A DNA stretch of 62,537 bases, the filler included. It is 5 parts of 5 records of this genome, joined end to end, with 100 filler letters (N's around TTAATTAATTAA, not from the genome) between each part and the next. Parts side by side here need not be neighbours in the genome. Positions count along the whole stretch, not along the records: positions 53,480 to 62,537 come from SRR20825006_2021; 4 more parts are not named here. One strand, given 5' to 3'. A program made the translations under genes and the position numbers. This document shows, one piece after another, positions 55,737 through 62,537 of the stretch (position 1 is its first letter; each line of letters opens with the position of its first letter). A model generated the notes under the pieces. The model was not told the DNA's origin. It saw nothing but the letters and a program-made list of their open reading frames with translations, and searched no databases.

Positions 55737-56705
55737 TCAGTGCGTGCCCTCATAGGCTTCTTCGCCCGCTCCCAGCGTGTCGCGGTCCAGGTATTTGCCT
55801 TCGGCGGCTTCGCCCTCGCGCATTTCGCACCAGCTGCGGTAGAACGTGGAAATCGCCTGCAACATCACCATGGCGCAGAAACCGACCAGCAGAATCTTGA
55901 ACAGGAAGTAGCCGTTGAAGCCGTTGGGCGAAAACCCGATGGTTTCGACGTTCCATTTCAGGATGCGGGCCTTGCGCAGCAGCAGATCCAGGCTGTCCGA
56001 GGCCGAGGGGTTCGGCGTGACCAGGTGCCGCCACAGAAAGAACCAGCCGTACATCCATGTGATGATCGCGAAGGGCATCATGAAAAAGACCGAGCCGAAC
56101 ATGTCGATGATCTTCTTGGTGCGGAATTTCACGCCTGCGTAAAAGAGGTCAACCCGCACGTGCCCACCCTGCACAAAGGTGTAGGCCACGCAAAGGCTGA
56201 CCACCAAGGCGTTGTAAAGCTTCAGTTCTTCACCAAACCACGAGATGTCGAACTGAAGCGGGATACCGAACCCGAACGAGATGTCGGGGCGGGTGAAAAT
56301 CCGCTGGATGAAGACGATGACGATCTGTTGCAGCACCATCAACAGGCCCGCCCAAGCCACCAAGCGGCCGACGGTGTTGTTGAACCCTTCAAGCACGCGC
56401 ACGCAACCCCACATGAAGCCGCGGTGCCACAGGCCAAAGGCGGTGATGATCAGCAGGAACACCAGCGCCACAAAGAACAGCTCGACCGAGCCGCCATAAT
56501 AGATAAAGCGCATCATGGCCTGAGGGTCCGTCCAGTTCAGCCACATGCCCGGGTTCAGCACGGCGGCGAAAAAGTTATAGAACGCCTCAAGCAGGTTTCC
56601 AAAAATGAACTGTAACAGTCCGCTGTCCTGAAACTTATCGAGACAGCTGAGCTTTGCGCCCTCTGCCGCCCGGAAAAATCCCTCGCAGGCCACGTCGTTT
56701 TCCAT
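55737..56705 (-). CDS. TRAP transporter small permease DctQ (extended)
   Basis: GGHVRVDLFY; lies between dctP and dctM. Confidence 0.9.
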   Translation of the reverse strand: MENDVACEGFFRAAEGAKLSCLDKFQDSGLLQFIFGNLLEAFYNFFAAVLNPGMWLNWTDPQAMMRFIYYGGSVELFFVALVFLLIITAFGLWHRGFMWGCVRVLEGFNNTVGRLVAWAGLLMVLQQIVIVFIQRIFTRPDISFGFGIPLQFDISWFGEELKLYNALVVSLCVAYTFVQGGHVRVDLFYAGVKFRTKKIIDMFGSVFFMMPFAIITWMYGWFFLWRHLVTPNPSASDSLDLLLRKARILKWNVETIGFSPNGFNGYFLFKILLVGFCAMVMLQAISTFYRSWCEMREGEAAEGKYLDRDTLGAGEEAYEGTH

Positions 56706-56841
56706 GGTCGTCCCCTCCCCGCGTGCGTGCCGGACTTGGCGCCGGATTTGCACAGTTGCCGTCTTGGCCCGCTTCCACAGGCCGGATGCAATTCAGGGGC
56801 CGCGTCTTGGACACGGCCCCGAATGTCTGTTCAGATCTGGA

Positions 56842-57930
56842 TTAGCCCGCGCTCAGCACGCGCTCGCGCTGCTCGACATAGAAGGCGTCCGATTTCTGCA
56901 GCCATTCAGCCGAAGATTTCATCGACGCTTCAAAGCTGCCACGGATGTCTGCGAACAGGGTGTCGTTCATGTTCTCGTCCATGACCTCTTTCGAGGCGGA
57001 ACCGAAGGCGTCCCAGACGTCGTCGGGGAACTGCATGGTTTTCACACCCTGCTGTTGCAGACGCGCCAGTGCGGCACCGTTGTTGGCCAGTGTTTCGGCC
57101 AGACCGGTGTGCGTGGTGGCCATCGCGGAATACTCGATGATCTTCTGCTGGGCCGGTGTCAGTTCGTTGAACACATCGAGGTTGACCGACGCCGTCAGAC
57201 CCGAGCCCGGCTCGTGGAAGCCCGCTGTGTAGTAGATCTTGGCGACTTCCTGGAAGCCTGCGCGTTCGTCCGCGAACGGACCAACCCACTCCAGACCGTC
57301 CAGCGCGCCCGAGGACAGCGCCTGATACAGTTCGCCGCCGGGAATGTTCTGGACCGATGCGCCCAATTTGCCCAGCACCTTGCCGCCCAGACCCGGCATA
57401 CGGAACTTCAGACCGTTGAAGTCGGCAGCCGAGTTGATTTCCTTGCGGAACCAGCCACCGGACTGCGAACCCGAGTTGCCGGCCAGGAACATCTTCATGT
57501 TGAAGATTTCACCGATCTGGTTGTGCAGCTCGTGACCGCCGCCATGCAGATACCAGTTGGTCAGCTCCTGGGCTGTGCCGCCGAACGGAACGGCGGTGAA
57601 ATAGGCCAGACCGGGGTGCTGGCCGATGAAATAGTAGTCAGCCGCGTGATAGATGTCAGCCTGACCCGAGGACACCGCGTCGAACACTTCGAACGCGCCG
57701 ACCAGCTCGCCGGGGGCTTTTTTCTCGATGGTCAGCGTGCCGTCCGACATCTCGTCGACCATGTTGTTGAAATAGGTTGCCGCATCGTCCAGCACGGCAA
57801 AACCGCGCGGCCAGGCTGTAACCATTGTCAGGGTGCGCTTGCCTTGTGCGTAAAGCGGTGCGGCCAGCGTCGTCGCAGCGGCGGCGGTGCCGCCCAACGC
57901 AGACGTCTTCAGAAATGAACGACGGTCCAT
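56842..57930 (-). CDS. TRAP substrate-binding protein DctP, TakP-like, Tat signal
   Basis: MDRRSFLK, GGWFRKEI, KFRMPGLGG, EWVGP. Confidence 0.93.
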   Translation of the reverse strand: MDRRSFLKTSALGGTAAAATTLAAPLYAQGKRTLTMVTAWPRGFAVLDDAATYFNNMVDEMSDGTLTIEKKAPGELVGAFEVFDAVSSGQADIYHAADYYFIGQHPGLAYFTAVPFGGTAQELTNWYLHGGGHELHNQIGEIFNMKMFLAGNSGSQSGGWFRKEINSAADFNGLKFRMPGLGGKVLGKLGASVQNIPGGELYQALSSGALDGLEWVGPFADERAGFQEVAKIYYTAGFHEPGSGLTASVNLDVFNELTPAQQKIIEYSAMATTHTGLAETLANNGAALARLQQQGVKTMQFPDDVWDAFGSASKEVMDENMNDTLFADIRGSFEASMKSSAEWLQKSDAFYVEQRERVLSAG

Positions 57931-58003
57931 TTTAACTCCTCCCAAAGTTTATGTAGCGACCGCTCTGGTTCTGGATGAAGGCGGTCGTTTCAGTGTTCGT
58001 CAG

Positions 58004-58047
58004 ACTACGCAGCCGCGATTCAAATGAAATACCAAGTACTGCGTAGT
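58004..58047. promoter_or_regulatory. Inverted repeat upstream of dctP, candidate response-regulator site
   Basis: ACTACGCAG...CTGCGTAGT. Confidence 0.4.
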
Positions 58048-58171
58048 GGGGGCCTTTGACCGGTCAATCACCTTAAAAAACATAGATTTTTTTCTGTCTG
58101 ATTGGCGCGTGCCGGTGCTCTGCGCGCCCTGCCCTCTATGATTTTGGCGTCAAACCGCTTATCGAATCATC

Positions 58172-59653
58172 ATGCAACGTCTTTGGCCCCGTTTCACATT
58201 CAGCTATGCGCAGAAACTGTCGCTGGTCGCAGCGTTGCCGTTGGTTCTGGCCATGTCCGTGATTGCCATCCTGGTGACGGTGCAGGCGCGGGCCCTGGCG
58301 GATCGTGAGATCCAGGCGCTGGAGAACCAGTTGATCCAGGCCAAGAAGGCCGAACTGCGCAACTACGTCACACAGGCGCGCAACGGGTTCTATTTTGTCT
58401 ATGGCAATGCGGCCCCCGATGACGACCTTGCCAAGCAACAGGTCAATCAGATCCTGGCCGCCATGATCTATGACCGCGAAGGGTTCTTCTTTGTCTACGA
58501 CTATGACGGCACCAACCTTGTCAGCCCCCGCCAGACCGAGCGGATCGGCCACAACTGGATGGACGAGACCGACAGCGAAGGCACGCCCGTGGTGCGCGAC
58601 CTGATCGACATCGCGCGGCAAGGCGACGGCTATCTGACGCACCTGTGGCCCAAACCCTCGACCGGGGAAGAGGCGCGCATGATCTCTTATGTCACCTCTT
58701 TCCCAAGCTGGCAGTGGGCCGTGGGCACCGGCGTCTACATCGACGACGTGCTGGCCACCACCGCCGCCGCCCGCGCCGAGGTCGAGGCACGGGTGCAGCG
58801 GACCTTTGTCTATATCACTGTCATCACGCTGCTGGCGGTTCTGCTGGTTTTTGGCTCTGGCATGTTCATCAACATCCGCGAGCGCAGGCTGGCGGATGCC
58901 AAGCTGAAGCGACTGACCCAGCGCGTGTTCGACGCACAGGAAGAGGAACGCGGGCGGGTGGCGCGGGAACTGCACGATGGCATCAGCCAGATCCTCGTGG
59001 GTGTCCGCTTTGCCCTGGACATCGCGCGGCGTCGGTTGAAGTCCGGCGCAATCGACACGGCAGACAAATCGCTGGATCAGGGCATTGAAAATCTGGCCGC
59101 CGCGATTGCCGAAGTGCGCCGGATCAGCCGCGACCTGCGTCCCGGCGTGCTGGACGATCTGGGCCTTGGCCCCGCGATCAAGGCGCTGACCCACGATTTC
59201 CAGACCCGCACCGGCGTCGAGACAACCTTTAACACCGTGGTCTTTCGCAACCGGCTGGATCAGGACTCCAAGATCGCGCTCTATCGCATCGCGCAGGAGG
59301 CGCTGACCAATATCGAACGCCATTCCGGCGCCACCCATGTCACCGTTGACCTGCGCGGCCACCGCCGGGGTGCCACGCTGCGTGTCACCGACAACGGCTG
59401 TGGCATTCCGCGCGAAACCCGCGAAACCCGGGGCAACCAGCGCGGCATCGGCCTGCGTAACATGCAGGAACGGGTTGAACAGCTGGACGGAACCTTGCGC
59501 ATCACGTCCACGCGCGGCAAAGATACCGCCGCAGGCACGACGTCCGGTACAACCATCGAGGCAACCGTACCGCTGACCCACCTGTTGCCGCCCGATCCCA
59601 AATCCGGCCCTGATCCGACATCCGACCTGCCCCCACAAAAGAGCCACGCATGA
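58172..59653 (+). CDS. Cache-domain sensor histidine kinase (HisKA_3; MctS-like)
   Basis: FFVYDYDG, WPKPSTG, EERGRVARELHDGISQ, QEALTN. Confidence 0.92.
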   Translation: MQRLWPRFTFSYAQKLSLVAALPLVLAMSVIAILVTVQARALADREIQALENQLIQAKKAELRNYVTQARNGFYFVYGNAAPDDDLAKQQVNQILAAMIYDREGFFFVYDYDGTNLVSPRQTERIGHNWMDETDSEGTPVVRDLIDIARQGDGYLTHLWPKPSTGEEARMISYVTSFPSWQWAVGTGVYIDDVLATTAAARAEVEARVQRTFVYITVITLLAVLLVFGSGMFINIRERRLADAKLKRLTQRVFDAQEEERGRVARELHDGISQILVGVRFALDIARRRLKSGAIDTADKSLDQGIENLAAAIAEVRRISRDLRPGVLDDLGLGPAIKALTHDFQTRTGVETTFNTVVFRNRLDQDSKIALYRIAQEALTNIERHSGATHVTVDLRGHRRGATLRVTDNGCGIPRETRETRGNQRGIGLRNMQERVEQLDGTLRITSTRGKDTAAGTTSGTTIEATVPLTHLLPPDPKSGPDPTSDLPPQKSHA

Positions 59654-60306
59654 CCGAACTGACCCCGCTGCCCCATCCCATCCGCGTTCTCGTGGTCGAC
59701 GATCACCCCATGGTCGCGCAAGGAATCCAGTCCATTCTGGAAAGCTATGACGACCTGATGGTGGTCGGCACGCTGGGCAACGGGCGCGACGTGATCAACC
59801 AACTGGATACATTGAAACCCCATGTGATCCTGATGGATCTGAACATGCCGGAAATGGGCGGCCTGACCGCCACCGAACTGGTGCTGGAGCGCAGCCCCGA
59901 CACTGCGGTGCTGATCCTGTCAATGCATGACAGTCCCGAATACATCGCCTCGGCGCTGGACCATGGCGCGCGCGGCTATGTGCTGAAAGACGTGCCCACC
60001 GACGAGATCAAGGACGCCATCGACGCGGTGATGCGCGGCGAGCGTTACCTTTGCACCGGCGCCCAAGGGTCGATCGAGCCGAAGTCGGGCGACATCCGCT
60101 CGCAACTGACGGACCGCGAACAGACGATCCTGCTGCAACTGGCGCAGGGGCTGTCGAACAAGGATGTGGCCCGCGACTTGGACATCTCGGTGCGCACCGT
60201 CGAGACGCATCGCAAGAACATCAAGCGCAAGCTGGGCATTTCCAGCACGGCCGGCTTGACCCGCTACGCCATGGAACACGGCGTTCTGCAAGGAACCGGG
60301 CGCTAA
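59650..60306 (+). CDS. NarL/LuxR family response regulator (MctR-like)
   Basis: VVDDHP, LMDLNMP, LTDRE...TVETHRKN. Confidence 0.94.
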   Translation: MTELTPLPHPIRVLVVDDHPMVAQGIQSILESYDDLMVVGTLGNGRDVINQLDTLKPHVILMDLNMPEMGGLTATELVLERSPDTAVLILSMHDSPEYIASALDHGARGYVLKDVPTDEIKDAIDAVMRGERYLCTGAQGSIEPKSGDIRSQLTDREQTILLQLAQGLSNKDVARDLDISVRTVETHRKNIKRKLGISSTAGLTRYAMEHGVLQGTGR

Positions 60307-60505
60307 GCGTTCACTGCGACGGAACCACGTGCGCTGCGGATCGCGCGGATGCACGGATCAGAGAATTCTACCATAAGGTAGGGATTTCCTCACCTGATCA
60401 ACTGATCCTTGTATGCTATTAGAATCGCACGGGTCCTATTTTTAAGTAATTTTTCGAATTCACACCGAAACACCCCGTAAAAAACAATATTCAAAGGAGA
60501 TTAAA

Positions 60506-62011
60506 ATGACCGTTTCGCACGGCCTATCAGGCTATGATGCTTTCGTCCTTGAATGCGCGAACACATCCCCCGCCCCTCTGCCTCAGGCATTTGGCCGCCT
60601 GGGACCCCGCAACGAGCTTTCGGGGATTGGCCCCGATGGCAAACCCTTTGACGACCAGTCGGTTCAAAAAGCCTTTACCAAGGCATTGGATGACATGCTG
60701 GACAGTTCCGACCCCGATGGCACCGCCGCCGCGGGTATGACGTTCTTCGGCCAGTTCATCGACCATGACATCACCTCGGACACCCAAAGCGCCATCGGCA
60801 CACGGATTGACCCGCGTTCGATCCGCAATGTGCGCACACCCGCGCTGGATCTGGATTGCGTTTATGGCGACGGCAACGAGGCGTCGCCGTACCTGTATCA
60901 CCCCGACCATGCCGGTTTCCTGCTATTTGGCACCAAGGACAACGCCCGCGATCTGGCCCGCAACAGCCACGGCACGGCGCTGATCGGCGATATGCGCAAT
61001 GACGAGAACCAGATCGTCAGTCAGCTTCAGGGGGCATTTGTGTGTATGCACAACATCCTGATGACGGCCCTGCAAGAAGACGCGCACCTTGTCCCGGCGG
61101 CTTTTGAAGGGATCCGCGCGCAGGCCATCACCGAAGGCTACACCCCCTCGGAGCGCCCGTTTCAGGCGGCACGGCGCATCTTGCGGCTGCATTACCAATG
61201 GATCGTACTGAACGATTTCCTGCCCGCCTTTGTCGATGCAGACGTATTGAAAGGCCTCCGCCAGACCTTTGCCGACGGCAAACTGCCCAAACCGTTCACC
61301 AAGGACAGCCCGATCATGCCGATCGAGTTTTCCGGCGCCGCATACCGCTTTGGCCATGCCACGGTGCAGAACGATTACGAACTGAACAGCACCTCGGGCG
61401 ACGTGAAACTGTTCGACATCATGCGCAAGGAGTTCCATTCGCGGCCCGAAAAGCTGAACATTGAATTCTCGCGGCTGTTCGATTTCCCCGGCAATTCCAA
61501 GTTTCAAAAGGCGCGGCCTATCGGGCGCAAGCTTGCCGGGTCGATCTTTAACCTGCACTTCATCGGCGAGCCCTTGAAAATCGCCGGTCAGGAACTGAGC
61601 CTTGAGGACAGCCGCAAGCTGCCCCATCGCAATATCTTTCGGGATCGTATGACGCTTGAGCTGCCGTCGGGCCAACAGATGGCACGGCTGATGCACACCG
61701 ACGAGATCCCTGCCCCCAAAGAGCTGCGCGATCACGGCATCACCAAGACGCCGCTGTGGTACTACTGCCTGCACGAAGCCGAAAAGCACGGCGGCAAACT
61801 GGGGCCTGTCGGCGGGACCATCGTCGCAGGCACATTGATGCGGCTGTTGGTGCTGGACGCAGATTCGATCATCTGCTCGACCCATGACTTCAAACCCTGG
61901 ACGGCGCTTGGTGCTGCCAAGGACGGTAACTTCTCGCTTGGTCATATGCTGGCCTGTGTCGAGGCAGGTCGCGACAGCATCGCGCATGCCAATGACCTGA
62001 TAACCGGCTGA
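60506..62011 (+). CDS. Heme peroxidase, peroxidase-cyclooxygenase (animal-type) superfamily
   Basis: FGQFIDHDIT, GDMRNDEN, AAYRFGHA, PLWYY, LGPVG. Confidence 0.88.
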   Translation: MTVSHGLSGYDAFVLECANTSPAPLPQAFGRLGPRNELSGIGPDGKPFDDQSVQKAFTKALDDMLDSSDPDGTAAAGMTFFGQFIDHDITSDTQSAIGTRIDPRSIRNVRTPALDLDCVYGDGNEASPYLYHPDHAGFLLFGTKDNARDLARNSHGTALIGDMRNDENQIVSQLQGAFVCMHNILMTALQEDAHLVPAAFEGIRAQAITEGYTPSERPFQAARRILRLHYQWIVLNDFLPAFVDADVLKGLRQTFADGKLPKPFTKDSPIMPIEFSGAAYRFGHATVQNDYELNSTSGDVKLFDIMRKEFHSRPEKLNIEFSRLFDFPGNSKFQKARPIGRKLAGSIFNLHFIGEPLKIAGQELSLEDSRKLPHRNIFRDRMTLELPSGQQMARLMHTDEIPAPKELRDHGITKTPLWYYCLHEAEKHGGKLGPVGGTIVAGTLMRLLVLDADSIICSTHDFKPWTALGAAKDGNFSLGHMLACVEAGRDSIAHANDLITG

Positions 62012-62025
62012 TCCCCCTGATCCAG

Positions 62026-62058
62026 GCTGGCGCGGTTGCGAACCCGCGCCAGCATTTT
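62026..62058 (+). terminator. Terminator after the peroxidase gene
   Basis: GCTGGCGCGG...CCGCGCCAGC followed by ATTTT. Confidence 0.6.
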
Positions 62059-62201
62059 AGCAAAACGATCCAAACACAGGCTTCCACGCAACTTTTGCAA
62101 AGATTTTTATGCCGCAGAGACATTAATTCTCACCGATTGACTGTTGACGCCCCTCACAACCGCTCATAATGTCCCAAAACGCACGCGAAAGGACCCAAGA
62201 C

Positions 62202-62301
62202 ATGCTAGATGTCGTCGTCATTATTGGATCAACGCACATGGGCCGGTAACGGTAGACCAGAATTCGACCCATGTGCCCCCGCCAAAAACGGGGGTTTTTT
62301 T
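62202..62301 (+). promoter_or_regulatory. Branched-chain amino acid attenuator: leader peptide MLDVVVIIGSTHMGR (62202-62249) plus terminator (62276-62301)
   Basis: Leu/Val/Ile codon run; GCACATGGG pairs with CCCATGTGC; CCCCCG/CGGGGG stem followed by T7. Confidence 0.85.
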
Positions 62302-62339
62302 ATGTGCACAAGACAGTATGGCGTAACCGGAGTAGAGCT

Positions 62340-62537
62340 ATGACACGTCAAATGAGCGGAGCAAAGATGGTGGTTCAGGCCCTGATCGATCAGGGCGTGG
62401 ACACGGTATTTGGGTATCCCGGCGGCGCCGTCCTACCGATTTACGACGAGGTGTTTCAGCAAAACTCGATCAAGCACATTCTGGTGCGCCATGAACAGGG
62501 TGCGGTGCACGCCGCCGAAGGCTATGCCCGCTCGACC
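62340..62537 (+). CDS. ilvI: Acetolactate synthase large subunit (partial)
   Basis: [15 protein letters not shown]...[13 protein letters not shown]...[16 protein letters not shown]. Confidence 0.93.
   Translation, partial: MTRQMSGAKMVVQALIDQGVDTVFGYPGGAVLPIYDEVFQQNSIKHILVRHEQGAVHAAEGYARST

Overview
This window joins five unrelated contigs with artificial N44-TTAATTAATTAA-N44 linkers (20831-20930, 31546-31645, 39256-39355, 53380-53479), so gene neighbourhoods mean nothing across those joins. Taxonomy below is inferred from gene content and style. (1) 1-20830, Rhodobacteraceae-like: a peptide ABC/FAD oxidase/SDR/MarR cluster, a Slam (type XI secretion) gene with its likely lipoprotein cargo, two LuxR regulators, a decayed island remnant carrying a mosaic Hint-domain gene, and an apparently complete ~7.9 kb integrative element at a tRNA-Ser 3' end. 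The element has a 14-bp att duplication, P4-like integrase, AlpA, a DUF3987-like ATPase, an iteron-rich origin, a HEPN-like/Zn-ribbon cargo gene and six orphan genes, but no recognisable capsid genes. It is the strongest novelty candidate, probably a minimal phage satellite. (2) 20931-31545, Rhodopirellula-like planctomycete: MoxR, DUF1559, a fused serine dehydratase, a MITE-like repeat and groEL-groES-groEL-dnaJ-grpE. (3) 31646-39255, gammaproteobacterium: RND efflux genes with a TetR regulator and operator, a MASE1/CHASE kinase and split pntAB. (4) 39356-53379, Rhizobiaceae-like: rpsU, soxBDAG with an inserted hydrolase, and glgC-glgA-pgm-glgX. (5) 53480-62537, Roseobacter-like: a TRAP transporter, a Cache kinase with response regulator, a heme peroxidase, and the ilv attenuator ahead of acetolactate synthase.
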